Below, in pieces: positions 19,010-28,910 of a stretch of DNA of 64,000 bases. Numbering within the stretch: the first letter of the stretch is position 1; every line of letters starts with the position of its first letter. The translations under genes were made by a program, and so were the position numbers. Origin of the DNA: Gammaproteobacteria bacterium (GTDB lineage: Bacteria > Pseudomonadota > Gammaproteobacteria > Chromatiales > Chromatiaceae); contig JAABSM010000010.1 in assembly GCA_011390365.1 (NCBI GenBank), positions 2,714 to 66,713 on the forward strand, given 5' to 3'. The notes beneath the pieces are model-generated. The model saw only the letters and a list, made by a program, of their open reading frames with translations. It ran no database searches and was not told where the DNA came from.

Positions 19010-20461
19010 ATGCCTCGTTCCGCGCAACCCCTGAATCTTTCCCCCATCCCTTGCCGCCGACTGAAGAGGCTGATGGTGCTGGGCACGCTGGCGGCGCTGC
19101 TTTATGCCTGCGCCATCCCGCCGCCATTGCTGGAACGGATCAAGGAGAAGGGCGAGCTGGTGGTGGCGACCCGTTACGGCCTCACTACCTATTACGAGGA
19201 GCGGGGCGGTTACGCCGGCATAGAGCATGACCTGGTCAAGGCCTTCGCCGACAAGCTGGGGGTGAAGGTCCGTTTCGTGGTGCCGGATCGGCTGGATCGG
19301 ATCATCTCGCTGGTGGTCAGGGGCGAGGTCCATATCGCCGCCGCCGGCCTGACGGTGACCGATCGACGGCGCGAGGCGATTCGCTTCTCCGAGCCGTATC
19401 AACAGGTTGCCTCACAGCTGGTCTATCGGGCCGGGATGCGGCGGCCGCGCAACCCCGGCGAACTGGGAGATGCCATCGTCGAGGTGGTCAGCCGCAGCAG
19501 CCATGAAGAGCGGTTGCAAGCGCTCCAGGAGGAGTATCCGGATTTGCGCTGGAACGCCCAGGCCGAGATCACCGAAGAGGAGTTGCTCCACCTGGTCCAC
19601 GAGGAGTTGATCGACTACGCGGTGGCCGACTCCACCCAGCTGATCCTGAGTCAGCGCTTCTACCCGGAGTTGCGCGTCGCCTTCGATCTGCACGCGCCGC
19701 AGCCCGTCGCCTGGGCCTTCCCCCATACCCAGGATACCAGCCTCTTCGATGCCGCCAACGCTTTCCTTGCCGAGGCGCGGGAGAATGGTCTGCTGGAGGA
19801 TCTGATCGAGCGCTACTACGGCCATACCGAGCGCCTCAACTATGTGGATCGGCGTAACTTCCAGCGCCACCTGCTTACCCGCTTGCCGTTGTATCGCGAG
19901 ATGTTCGAGCAGGCGGCGGCGGAGACCGGCGTCGACTGGCGACTGCTCGCCGCGGTGGGCTATCAGGAGTCCCACTGGAATCCGCGGGCGGTCTCCCCCA
20001 CTGGCGTGCGCGGCATCATGATGCTAACGCAGGATACCGCGGACCAGCTCGGTATCGAGGACCGGGTCGACCCCTGGCAGAGCATCATCGGCGGCGCCCG
20101 TTACCTGCTGTGGCTGCAAGAGAAGGTGCCGGAGCGCATTGGCCACCCGGATCGGCTGTGGCTGGCGCTGGCCGGGTACAATGTGGGTTTCGGCCATCTG
20201 GAGGATGCGCGGGTGCTCACCGAGCGCCACGGCGGCAACCCCGACCGCTGGCGCGACGTGAAGAAGAATCTGCCCCTGCTCTCCCGCCAGAAATACTACA
20301 GCACCGTAAAATATGGCCGTGCCAGGGGCCGGGAGCCGGTGATCTACGTCGACAACATTCGCGCCTATTACGACATGCTCAATTGGCATATCAAGGCGGA
20401 AGAGCCGGATGAGCGAGAGCTTAATGAATATCCCCTCTCCATCTTTCCCGCGCCTTTGTAG
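19010..20461 (+). CDS. mltF: membrane-bound lytic murein transglycosylase F
   Basis: N-terminal periplasmic-binding-like domain (ERIKEKGELVVATRYGLTTYYEERGGYAGIEHDLVKAFADKLGVKV). C-terminal SLT domain (AAVGYQESHWNPRAVSPTGVRGIMMLT...GYNVG). Start is 19010 or 19073. Confidence 0.88.
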   Translation: MPRSAQPLNLSPIPCRRLKRLMVLGTLAALLYACAIPPPLLERIKEKGELVVATRYGLTTYYEERGGYAGIEHDLVKAFADKLGVKVRFVVPDRLDRIISLVVRGEVHIAAAGLTVTDRRREAIRFSEPYQQVASQLVYRAGMRRPRNPGELGDAIVEVVSRSSHEERLQALQEEYPDLRWNAQAEITEEELLHLVHEELIDYAVADSTQLILSQRFYPELRVAFDLHAPQPVAWAFPHTQDTSLFDAANAFLAEARENGLLEDLIERYYGHTERLNYVDRRNFQRHLLTRLPLYREMFEQAAAETGVDWRLLAAVGYQESHWNPRAVSPTGVRGIMMLTQDTADQLGIEDRVDPWQSIIGGARYLLWLQEKVPERIGHPDRLWLALAGYNVGFGHLEDARVLTERHGGNPDRWRDVKKNLPLLSRQKYYSTVKYGRARGREPVIYVDNIRAYYDMLNWHIKAEEPDERELNEYPLSIFPAPL

Positions 20462-20467
20462 GTTGAT

Positions 20468-20629
20468 AGACAGGCTGGACGGGATCTGCAGGATGAACGG
20501 GATGGGAATTGATCATTATTGAGGGGGGGGGAGGACTCCATGTGCATGACTTCAACTCCTTGAGATCTCTGGATCTGAATCGTTGATGAAGATATCCTGT
20601 TCATCCTGTAAAGCCCGTTAAGCCTGTCA
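20468..20629. repeat. inverted pair of NNRCRGGAT nonamer arrays (20468-20503 and 20594-20629) flanking a 90-bp spacer with a G9 run
   Basis: agacaggct ggacgggat ctgcaggat gaacgggat ... atcctgttc atcctgtaa agcccgtta agcctgtca. G9 at 20523-20531. Confidence 0.8.
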
Positions 20630-20657
20630 AATTCTTCTCTTCCTAACCGTAAGTAGA

Positions 20658-21179
20658 ATGCAGAAACAAGCCGCTCCCCAACTTGAAGCCCTCGAACAGC
20701 TGGCGCGAAATTACACCCTGAGCCTGCTGGAGAGCACCAGCCAACACTTCGGTCGCGATCTGCCCGAGGTGGAGATCCGTTTCGACCTGCGCGGCCAGGC
20801 CGCCGGTCAGGCGATCGTGCCGCGCAAGGGGCCGCCGGTGATTCGCTACAATCGCCAGTTGTTGCGCGAGAATGGCGAGGCCTTCATCGCTCGCACCGTG
20901 CCTCACGAAACGGCCCATATCGCCGCCCATTTTCTGCATGGTCGGGGCATCCGCCCCCACGGCGCCGAGTGGCGGGCGCTGATGGTGCTTTACGGCGCGG
21001 ATCCCAGTCGCTGCCACAGCTACGACACCAGCCGCAGTACCGCCCGTCGGCTGCGCCGCTTCCGTTATCGTTGCGCCTGTCGCGAACACCAGTTGACCAG
21101 CATCCGCCATAATCGGGTGCGGAAAGGTATGCGCTATCTCTGCCGGGAGTGCGGTGAGGCGCTGAGGTGGAGCGAATGA
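20658..21179 (+). CDS. sprT: SprT family zinc metalloprotease-like protein
   Basis: ...IARTVPHETAHIAAHFLHG...HGAEWRALM... (HExxH) and C-terminal zinc ribbon YRCACREHQLT...YLCRECGEAL. Confidence 0.85.
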   Translation: MQKQAAPQLEALEQLARNYTLSLLESTSQHFGRDLPEVEIRFDLRGQAAGQAIVPRKGPPVIRYNRQLLRENGEAFIARTVPHETAHIAAHFLHGRGIRPHGAEWRALMVLYGADPSRCHSYDTSRSTARRLRRFRYRCACREHQLTSIRHNRVRKGMRYLCRECGEALRWSE

Positions 21180-21257
21180 CCGATGGGGCGGGGCGCGTAA
21201 GGTTGCCGATCGCGTAGCTCGCCAATTCTTGACCAACACCGGAGGGGCGAGGCCGTT

Positions 21258-22112
21258 ATGTCTGAATCGATACTCGATATTCGAACCCTGCGCCGTGCCG
21301 ATCTCGATCTCGCCATCGAGTGGGCGGCGCGGGAGGGATGGAATCCCGGCATCCGTGACGCGGCTTGTTTCCATGCCGCGGATCCTGAAGGTTTTCTGGT
21401 GGCGAGCCTGGGTGACGAGCCGGTGGCGGTGATTTCGGCGGTGCGTTACGGGGAGGCGTTCGGTTTCGTGGGCTTCTACATCGTCGCACCGGGGTTTCGT
21501 GGCCAGGGCCATGGTTTGCGGATCTGGCAGGCGGCAATGGAGCGGTTGGCGGGGCGCAATGTGGGACTCGATGGCGTGGTGGCACAGCAGGAGAACTACC
21601 GCAACTCCGGTTTTCGGCTGGCCCATCGCAACATTCGCTACGCGGGTCGCCATGTACCAGGTGGGAGTGGTGATGACTCGGGCGTGGCACCCTTGCGGGA
21701 GCTCCCCTTCGAGGCGTTGGCGGCCTATGATCGCCGTCACTTTCCCGCGCCCAGGGATGATTTTCTGCGAGCCTGGATCGCGCAGCCGGGCGGTGTGGCT
21801 CGGGGCCTGTGGGATGGTGGTCGGTTAAGAGGCTACGGAGTGATTCGGCGTTGTCGCCAGGGCCACAAGATCGGACCGCTTTTCGCCGATGACCCGCAAG
21901 TCGCCGAGCACCTGTTCCAGGCCCTGACCCGCTCGCTGGGAGAGGGAGAGCTCTTCTATCTGGATATTCCCGAAACCAACCCGGATGCCGTTGATCTGGT
22001 CTGCCGCCACGACATGGATGTGGTGTTCGAGACCGCGCGCATGTACACCGGCGACTTCCCTCGCTTGCCGATTCATGCCATTTTTGGCGTCACCTCTTTC
22101 GAGCTGGGTTGA
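21258..22112 (+). CDS. GNAT family N-acetyltransferase
   Basis: ...IRTLRRADLDLAIEWAAREGWNPG...FVGFYIVAPGFRGQGHGLRIWQAAM... contains acetyl-CoA binding motif A (R/Q-x-x-G-x-G/A). Confidence 0.8.
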   Translation: MSESILDIRTLRRADLDLAIEWAAREGWNPGIRDAACFHAADPEGFLVASLGDEPVAVISAVRYGEAFGFVGFYIVAPGFRGQGHGLRIWQAAMERLAGRNVGLDGVVAQQENYRNSGFRLAHRNIRYAGRHVPGGSGDDSGVAPLRELPFEALAAYDRRHFPAPRDDFLRAWIAQPGGVARGLWDGGRLRGYGVIRRCRQGHKIGPLFADDPQVAEHLFQALTRSLGEGELFYLDIPETNPDAVDLVCRHDMDVVFETARMYTGDFPRLPIHAIFGVTSFELG

Positions 22113-22117
22113 TCGGT

Positions 22118-22181
22118 TGGCCTGCGCCAACGACAAGGTCGATCCGAAGGCGCCGAAACGCCTGCCACGCATCTTCTCCAT
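22118..22181 (+). pseudogene. ~64-nt relic of a paralog of the GRDP-like gene at 2499-3215
   Basis: 54 of 64 nt identical to 2935-2998 by hand alignment. Encodes LACANDKVDPKAPKRLPRIFSIS versus LACANERIDPKAPKRLPRIFSID. No upstream homology remains. Confidence 0.6.
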
Positions 22182-22260
22182 TTCTCGTCAAAAAGGACGA
22201 GCGGTAAAGTGGTATGCTGTAGGCCGAAAAAACATGCAACATTAAGGTACCAATCTCACC

Positions 22261-23415
22261 ATGCAGGAACGCTACATCCATACCGCCGACGAGCTGACCG
22301 ACTTGTGTCGGGATCTCTCCGCTAGTCCCTGGCTGGCCCTGGATACGGAGTTCATCCGCGAAAAGAGCTATTTCCCCCGCCTGTGTCTGGTCCAGGTCGC
22401 CAATGAATCCATCGCGGCGGCGGTGGATGTGCTAGCGCTGGAGGATTGGTCGCCCTTTCTGGATCTGCTCTATCGCGATGATATCGTCAAGGTGTTTCAT
22501 GCCGCGCGCCAGGATCTGGAGATCCTTCATCAGTTGCGTGGTGGCCTGCCGACGCCGCTGTTCGATACCCAGCCCGCGGCGGCGCTGTTGGGCCATGGTG
22601 AGCAGGTGGGTTACGGTGAGCTGGTGGAGAAGGAGCTCGGCGTGGTGCTGGAGAAGGGCCATGGTCGAACCGATTGGGCGACGCGTCCGCTCAGCCAGAA
22701 CCAGCTGCGCTACGCCCTGGATGACGTGATCTATCTCGGACGGCTGTTCACCCGGGTGCGGGACGGGTTGATGGAGCTGGGTCGCGTCGATTGGCTGGAT
22801 GAGGAGTTTGCGGCGCTGGCCGATCCGGCGACCTATGTGGTGGCGCCGATGGAGGCCTGGCGCAAGGTCAAGGGCCGCAACCGACTGCGCGGCGCGCAAA
22901 TGGCGGTGCTTCAGCAACTGGCCGCCTGGCGCGAGGAGCAGGCGCGGGAGCGGGACCGACCGCGCAAGTGGATATTGAAGGACGAGGTCATGCTCGACAT
23001 GGCGCGGCGCATGCCGGAGCAGGCGTCGGGCCTGACCGCGATTCGCGGCTTCGACGCCGGCATGCTCTCCCGTCATGGCGAGGCCCTGCTGGAGCGGATT
23101 CGCCGGGGTCGGAGCCTGCCCAGCGAGGAGTGGCCGCGGGAGAAGCAGCCGCCGCCTCGGCTTTCCGAAAACCAGCAGGCCCAGGCCGATCTGCTGGCGG
23201 CGGCGTTGCGGTTGATCGGCGAGCAGCGCGCGATCAACGGCGCGGCGATCGCCTCGCGCAAGGATCTGGAGCGACTGGTGGGCGGCGAGCGGGATATTCC
23301 GCTGCTCAAGGGGTGGCGCAAGGGCGTGGCCGGGGCGTTGTTGCTGGAGGTGTTGGAGGGGCGGCGGGATCCGCGCATCCGGGAGGGGGTGCTGGATCTC
23401 CATCGCGTGGAATAA
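22261..23415 (+). CDS. rnd: ribonuclease D
   Basis: ...WLALDTEFIREKSYFPRLCLVQVA... (DEDD exonuclease motif I), ...VFHAARQDLE..., ...YALDDVIYL..., followed by HRDC-like region. Confidence 0.9.
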   Translation: MQERYIHTADELTDLCRDLSASPWLALDTEFIREKSYFPRLCLVQVANESIAAAVDVLALEDWSPFLDLLYRDDIVKVFHAARQDLEILHQLRGGLPTPLFDTQPAAALLGHGEQVGYGELVEKELGVVLEKGHGRTDWATRPLSQNQLRYALDDVIYLGRLFTRVRDGLMELGRVDWLDEEFAALADPATYVVAPMEAWRKVKGRNRLRGAQMAVLQQLAAWREEQARERDRPRKWILKDEVMLDMARRMPEQASGLTAIRGFDAGMLSRHGEALLERIRRGRSLPSEEWPREKQPPPRLSENQQAQADLLAAALRLIGEQRAINGAAIASRKDLERLVGGERDIPLLKGWRKGVAGALLLEVLEGRRDPRIREGVLDLHRVE

Positions 23416-23538
23416 AACATTGCCCCGGGTCAAGGGTGTGGCGTTTTACGCCCGAAAGCGGGGCAATGTGGGGTAGAATGGTGCATAGGATTTATCGCAG
23501 TCGATACTGCCGTTGTTTGCTAGAGGGGTAACCAGTCT

Positions 23539-24486
23539 ATGGCGCAGGATAATCATTTCGAGGCCGCCCTGCCGGGGGCCGAGAGCCAGTATTCGGAAGT
23601 GATCGAGGTGGATGGGCGGCGCATGCGCCTGGGGGATCTGATTCAGGACTATCGTCGCGTCAGCGACGAGTACAAGAAGACCCGCCGCGACAGCCGCAAG
23701 GCGGTCAAGCGCTACCGCCGCGAGCAGTCCCTCAAGTCTTATCAGGCCGAGCTGATCCGCTTGCAGCAGTATCTGGAGGATACCAACGGGCGCATGATCA
23801 TCCTCTTCGAGGGGCGTGACGCGGCCGGCAAGGGCGGCACCATTCGTCGCGTCACCCGCTACATGAACGAAAAGCACTACCGGGTCGTCGCCCTGGGCAA
23901 GCCCACCGAGATCGAGCGTACCCAGTGGTTCTTTCAGCGCTATGTGCGCCAGTTTCCCACCGGCGGCGAGGTGGTGTTGTTCGACCGCAGCTGGTACAAC
24001 CGCGCCATGGTCGAGCCGGTGTTCGGCTTCTGCTCCGACAAGGAGTACGACAACTTCATGACCGGCGTCACCGGTTTCGAGAAGGATCTGGTGCGCAATG
24101 GCACCATCATGATCAAGCTCTACTTCAGCGTCACCAAGGAGGAGCAGGCGCGCCGCTTCGAGCGCCGCAAGACCGATCCCCTGCGCCAGTGGAAGTTGAG
24201 CGAGGTGGACTTGCAGGCGCAGGAGCGCTGGGACGAATTCACCGAGGTGAAATACCAGATGCTCAAGCGCACCCACACCAATATCGCGCCGTGGACCATC
24301 ATTCGCTCCAACAACAAGCACCTGGCCCGCCTCAACGCGATGAAGGTGATCCTCAACGCAGTACCCTACGAGCGTTTCGATTCCCACCTGGATTTCGTCC
24401 CCGACCCGGAGATCGTGGTGTCCGGCTCCCGCGAGCTGGAGACCATGGAGGCGGAGCGCTTGCAGGTCGGCAAATCCAACGCCTGA
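23539..24486 (+). CDS. ppk2: polyphosphate kinase 2
   Basis: ...IILFEGRDAAGKGGTIRRV (Walker A), ...FFQRYVRQFPTGGEVVLFDRSWYNRAMVEPV... is the typical PPK2 core. Confidence 0.9.
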   Translation: MAQDNHFEAALPGAESQYSEVIEVDGRRMRLGDLIQDYRRVSDEYKKTRRDSRKAVKRYRREQSLKSYQAELIRLQQYLEDTNGRMIILFEGRDAAGKGGTIRRVTRYMNEKHYRVVALGKPTEIERTQWFFQRYVRQFPTGGEVVLFDRSWYNRAMVEPVFGFCSDKEYDNFMTGVTGFEKDLVRNGTIMIKLYFSVTKEEQARRFERRKTDPLRQWKLSEVDLQAQERWDEFTEVKYQMLKRTHTNIAPWTIIRSNNKHLARLNAMKVILNAVPYERFDSHLDFVPDPEIVVSGSRELETMEAERLQVGKSNA

Positions 24487-24493
24487 GATTGTC

Positions 24494-25153
24494 GTGGCCC
24501 TGACGACGACGGAAATCCTGTTGCTGCTCGTCGTCTGGGGCGCCTACTTCGTGATCCATTCGGTGGCCGCCTCGCTGACCCTGAAGCGCTGGACGGCGCG
24601 CCGCTTGCCGAACTTCATGCCCGGATATCGGTTGACATTCAACGTCCTCGCGCTGGTGTTGCTGATTCCTCCGCTGTGGTTGACCTGGTCGCTGGGCGGT
24701 GAGCCGATCCTGGAGTGGCGCGGGGCGATGGCCTGGCTGGCCTGGGGGCTGACCCTGGCGGGGCTGCTGTTGTTCGCCGTTTCGTTGCGTTTTTATGACG
24801 GGGCCGAGTTTTTTGGCACTCGCCAGTTGCGCGAAGGGGTGCGTTCGGTGGAGGATCAGGAGCGGCTGCACATCTCCCCGTTGCATCGCCATGTGCGCCA
24901 CCCCTGGTACAGTATCGGCCTGCTGTTGATCTGGACCCGGGACATGGATGGCGCGCGGCTGGTTGCCGCGCTGGCGATAACCGCCTATTTCATTCTCGGC
25001 GCGCGCCTGGAAGAGAGCAAGCTCATCGCCTACCACGGCGAGCGTTATCGTCGCTATCGGCGGCGGGTGCCCGGGCTGATTCCTTTGCCCTGGCGACGGC
25101 TGACGGCTACGCAAGCCGCGCGCCTGGAGGCAGGGGATCTCCACTCAGAGTGA
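24494..25153 (+). CDS. membrane methyltransferase family protein (ICMT/PEMT/NnrU-like)
   Basis: Five predicted TM helices. ...SPLHRHVRHPWYSIGLLLIW...ARLEESKLIAYHGERYRRYRRRVP is the C-terminal ICMT/PEMT-type motif. GTG start. Confidence 0.65.
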   Translation: MALTTTEILLLLVVWGAYFVIHSVAASLTLKRWTARRLPNFMPGYRLTFNVLALVLLIPPLWLTWSLGGEPILEWRGAMAWLAWGLTLAGLLLFAVSLRFYDGAEFFGTRQLREGVRSVEDQERLHISPLHRHVRHPWYSIGLLLIWTRDMDGARLVAALAITAYFILGARLEESKLIAYHGERYRRYRRRVPGLIPLPWRRLTATQAARLEAGDLHSE

Positions 25154-25230
25154 ATCCCAAGGGAGATTGATCTGGTTGGGAATGGAGCAGCCGCGGCTTG
25201 ACCGAAAAACCTGGAATCGTGATTTCAAAC

Positions 25231-26724
25231 ATGGAAAAGATACTCCTCGAAGATTTGATGGCCAGCAGTGGCGTGAAGTTCGGCACCAGCGGCGCCCGTG
25301 GTCTGGTGTCGGCCATGACCGACCGGGTCTGCTACGCCTATACCCTGGGTTTTCTGGAACACCTGCGCGACCAGGGTGAGCTGCAAGCGGGCATGGAGGT
25401 GGCCATCGCCGGCGACCTGCGTCCCTCCACGCCGCGCATCCTGGAAGCGGTCGCCGCCGCGGTGCGGGCCGCCGGCTGTACCCCCGTCCATTGCGGCGAG
25501 ATCGCCACCCCGGCGGTGACCCTGTTCGGCATGAGCCGCGGGATTCCCTCGATCATGGTCACCGGTAGTCATATCCCCGACGATCGCAACGGCATCAAGT
25601 TCAACAAGGCGACGGGGGAGATCCTCAAGACGGACGAGGCGGGGATTCGCGGACGTCGCGTCGAGCTTGATGCGGGCTTGTTCGATGCCCAGGGCGGGCG
25701 GCAAGTGGAGATGGCCCCGCCCCCGGTGGATGGGCGGGCGGCGGCGGAGTATCTGCGTCGTTACCTGGATTTCTATCCCGGCGATCTTCTCAAGGGCCGG
25801 CGCATCGGCGTCTATCAACACTCCGGAGTGGTTCGGGATCTGTTGGTGGAGCTGATCCAGGGACTGGGCGGCGAGGCGGTCCCCCTGGGGCGTTCCGATA
25901 CCTTCGTGCCAGTGGATACCGAGGCGGTTCGCGACGAGGATGCGCGGCTGGCGCTGGAGTGGAGTGCGGCGGAGAAGCTGGATGCGCTGGTCTCCACCGA
26001 TGGCGACGGCGATCGACCGCTGGTGGCGGATGAACAGGGGCGGTGGCTGCGCGGCGACGTCGCCGGGATCCTCTGCGCCCGTCATTTGAATATGAAATGC
26101 GTGGCGACCCCCGTAAGCAGCAACAGCGCGGTGGAGCTGAGCGGCTGGTTCAGCCGGGTGATGCGCACCCGCATCGGTTCCCCCTACGTGGTGGCGGCGA
26201 TGGAGCGGGCGCTGGCGGAGGGCGAGCGGGGCGTCGCCGGTTACGAGGCCAACGGCGGCTTCCTGATCGGCGACATGGTTCAAGGCCAGCATGGCGACCT
26301 GAGCCCTTTGCCGACCCGCGACGCGGTGATCGTCATCCTGGCCCTGCTGGCGGCGGCGGCGGGTCAGCCCCTCTCTCGTCTGAGCGAGGCCTTGCCGCCC
26401 CGATATACCTACAGCGATCGCCTCAAGGACTTTCCTGGCGAGATCAGCGCCCAGCGCCTGGCGCGACTGGACCAGGGCTCGCTGGGGGCGGACGCGGCGG
26501 CCTTCGCCGGGCTGTTCGGCAAGCAGCTGGGTCGGGTGATCGCCATCGATCGCACCGACGGGGTGCGCTGCACCCTGGATGGCGGCGAGGTGGTTCATTT
26601 GCGGCCGTCGGGCAACGCCCCCGAGCTGCGCTGTTATACCGAAGCGGAATCCATGGCCCGGGCGGAAGCGCTCAATCGCGCCTGTCTGGCGGTGATGGAG
26701 GGGTGGCGTCAGGCCAGTCCATGA
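25231..26724 (+). CDS. alpha-D-phosphohexomutase family (phosphomannomutase/phosphoglucomutase-like)
   Basis: ...GVKFGTSGARG..., active-site loop MVTGSHIPDDRNGIKF, metal loop STDGDGDRP, ...GYEANGGF..., ...LRPSGNAPELRCY. Confidence 0.85.
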   Translation: MEKILLEDLMASSGVKFGTSGARGLVSAMTDRVCYAYTLGFLEHLRDQGELQAGMEVAIAGDLRPSTPRILEAVAAAVRAAGCTPVHCGEIATPAVTLFGMSRGIPSIMVTGSHIPDDRNGIKFNKATGEILKTDEAGIRGRRVELDAGLFDAQGGRQVEMAPPPVDGRAAAEYLRRYLDFYPGDLLKGRRIGVYQHSGVVRDLLVELIQGLGGEAVPLGRSDTFVPVDTEAVRDEDARLALEWSAAEKLDALVSTDGDGDRPLVADEQGRWLRGDVAGILCARHLNMKCVATPVSSNSAVELSGWFSRVMRTRIGSPYVVAAMERALAEGERGVAGYEANGGFLIGDMVQGQHGDLSPLPTRDAVIVILALLAAAAGQPLSRLSEALPPRYTYSDRLKDFPGEISAQRLARLDQGSLGADAAAFAGLFGKQLGRVIAIDRTDGVRCTLDGGEVVHLRPSGNAPELRCYTEAESMARAEALNRACLAVMEGWRQASP

Positions 26725-26852
26725 ATCCATGTCATGGATATTGCCTTGTAATCCGCGTTGATCGAAGGGCGGCAAACGGACGCCATGCGTACTATACTTG
26801 ATTGGCGTTTTTCGCCCCCCCGCGTTGGCCGGGATCGTGACAGAGGAAAGGG

Positions 26853-27701
26853 ATGAAAAGAACCACGCCAGGAAAGGAAGGATTGTCGCTGAGCAATGCC
26901 GGCGAGCTCTCCATCTATTTCATCGGTACCGGTTCCGCCTTCGTCAAGACGCTCTACCAGAACAATGTGGTGGTGGTGAAGGGGGATCGCCACCTGGTCA
27001 TAGATTGCGGTACCCGCTGCATGGAGGGGCTCAACGAGGTTGGCATTACCGCTTCTGATGTAGAGGACTTCCTCATTACCCATACCCATGCCGATCACAT
27101 CGGCGGCCTGGAAGAGGTGATGCTGGTCAATCGCTACATGGCGGGCAAGCGACCGCGCATGGTTATCAACGAGGTCTTCGAGAATATCCTGTGGGAGCAG
27201 TCATTGCGTGGCGGCAGCGCATGGTCCGAATGCCACGATGGCGAGCCCCTGGGCTTCGAGGATTTCTGGCAACCCCTGCGCCCGGCCTTGCTGGAAGGAA
27301 TGCCGCGGGAGACCTGGCATTATCGGCATGGGGATCTCGATATCAAGATGCCGCGCACCAAGCATATACCGGACAACGCAAGGGACTGGCGGGACTCGTT
27401 CTGGAGTTGCGGGGTGATCCTGGACGAGCGGGTGATGTTCACCTCCGATACCCGCTATGATCCAGATCTGGTGCTGGCGTTCGATGACCTCTACGACTTT
27501 GAAACCATTTTCCACGACTGCCAGTTCTTTACCGGCGGCGTGCACGCCTCGCTCGATGAGATCAGCGAACTGCCCAAGCGGGTCAAGGCCAAGACCCTGT
27601 TGATGCACTACGGAGACAACTGGCCCCAGTACCTGGAAAAGGCGCGCGAGGCCGGCTTCAAGGGCTTCGCCATCCAGGGCCACAGCTACCTCTTTCCCTG
27701 A
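26853..27701 (+). CDS. MBL-fold metallo-hydrolase
   Basis: ...FLITHTHADHIGGL... (HxHxDH motif). GAGGAAAGGG RBS upstream. Confidence 0.8.
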   Translation: MKRTTPGKEGLSLSNAGELSIYFIGTGSAFVKTLYQNNVVVVKGDRHLVIDCGTRCMEGLNEVGITASDVEDFLITHTHADHIGGLEEVMLVNRYMAGKRPRMVINEVFENILWEQSLRGGSAWSECHDGEPLGFEDFWQPLRPALLEGMPRETWHYRHGDLDIKMPRTKHIPDNARDWRDSFWSCGVILDERVMFTSDTRYDPDLVLAFDDLYDFETIFHDCQFFTGGVHASLDEISELPKRVKAKTLLMHYGDNWPQYLEKAREAGFKGFAIQGHSYLFP

Positions 27702-27742
27702 TATTTTCTATTGACCCGGTTCGGGGGTGGAGTACACGCCTT

Positions 27743-27889
27743 CAATGTCATCAAGATAAGCCATCGTGGCATTTTCCGGGAATGATGCGCCTCGTTTCGT
27801 GGGTACGCCGGTGCGACGATTTCCAGCCTGCTCCGGAGTCAGGCGCATCAAGGGCGGGAACCTGGCGTGCCGCTAACTGAATGACATGG
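27743..27889 (-). mobile_element. MITE copy 4 (147 bp, opposite orientation, central hairpin deleted) with 10-bp target duplication
   Basis: Ends caatgtcatcaagataagccatcgtggc ... gccgctaactgaatgacatgg. The interior ggaatgatgcgcctcgtttcgtgggt is the reverse complement of the other copies. Flanks are tacacgcctt / tatacgcctt. Confidence 0.75.
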
Positions 27890-27960
27890 TATACGCCTTG
27901 GCGTGTGAAGGGCTATCGTGCAGCGCCAGGGCTTTACTCCAAATAGATGCCGCACCGATA

Positions 27961-28776
27961 TCACCCCGCCGGATTGCGGCGCAGGTTGCCGCCATAGAAG
28001 ATCTCGCCCATCTCCCGCTGCACCAACTGGCGCAGGCGGCGATGCTCCGCCGGCGGCAGATCCTCCTCGTCGATGCAGAACAGGTAATCGTCGAGGCGAA
28101 ACTCCTTCACCATCATCTTGGTGTGAAAGATGTTCTCCTGATAGACGTTGACGTCGATCAGTTGATAACGATCCCGGGTCGAGCGTTTGATGTAGTTCTG
28201 GATTGAGCTGATGTTGTGGTCGATGAAGTGTTTGCGCCCGCGAACGTCGCGGGTGAAACCGCGGACCCGGTAGTCGAGCATGACGATATCCGATTCGAAG
28301 GAGTGAATCAGGTAGTTGAGGGCCTTCAGCGGCGAGATGCGACCGCAGGTGGAGACATCGATATCGGCGCGAAAGGTGCTGATGCCGTTCTCCGGATGGC
28401 TTTCGGGATAGGTATGAACGGTGATATGGCTCTTGTCCAGATGGGCCACCACCGCGTCAGGGAGCGGGCCGGGGGCCTGGGTGTTGGAGAGGCCCTCCGT
28501 GAGCACCGGCTCTTCCGAGATCAGCATGGTGACGCTGGCCCCCTGGGGCTGGTAGTCCTGGCGGGCGATGTTGAGGATATTGGCCCCGATCATCTTCGCC
28601 ACATGGGTCAGGATCTCGGTCAGGCGTTTGGCGTTATAAGAGTTGTCGATATAGGTGATGTAGGCGTCCCGCTGCTCTTCGCTATCGGCGTAGCAGATAT
28701 CATAGAGGTTGAAGCTCAGGGTCTTGGTCAGATTGTTGAATCCTTGTAATCTCAATCGTTTTAATGCCTGTACCAT
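27961..28776 (-). CDS. speD: S-adenosylmethionine decarboxylase proenzyme (E. coli type)
   Basis: [30 protein letters not shown]...[26 protein letters not shown]...[16 protein letters not shown]... is near-colinear with E. coli SpeD, including the cleavage-site Ser. Confidence 0.92.
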   Translation of the reverse strand: MVQALKRLRLQGFNNLTKTLSFNLYDICYADSEEQRDAYITYIDNSYNAKRLTEILTHVAKMIGANILNIARQDYQPQGASVTMLISEEPVLTEGLSNTQAPGPLPDAVVAHLDKSHITVHTYPESHPENGISTFRADIDVSTCGRISPLKALNYLIHSFESDIVMLDYRVRGFTRDVRGRKHFIDHNISSIQNYIKRSTRDRYQLIDVNVYQENIFHTKMMVKEFRLDDYLFCIDEEDLPPAEHRRLRQLVQREMGEIFYGGNLRRNPAG

Positions 28777-28910
28777 GGTGTACCCTTCACCCCTTTATTT
28801 TCTTGGCGTTTGTCGCCCCGCCATTGTAACGCCTTTTGAAATCGAACAAAAACGGGGCGGGGCGTTCCTGAAGACAAAAATGTCAAGCAACAGGGTTGAT
28901 AGGGATCGAA

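Noticed and set aside
20643-21740. 365-aa minus-strand ORF spanning sprT and the GNAT gene
   Set aside because: It crosses an intergenic region and two well-supported plus-strand genes. No recognisable domain.
25225-26775. 516-aa minus-strand ORF
   Set aside because: Antisense to the phosphohexomutase gene, which carries all four family motifs. It is a shadow ORF.
27961-28776. speD without an adjacent speE (spermidine synthase)
   Set aside because: Absence from the immediate neighbourhood says nothing about the genome. The upstream side is a divergent secreted-protein gene and the downstream side a MITE. Not enough to claim anything unusual.
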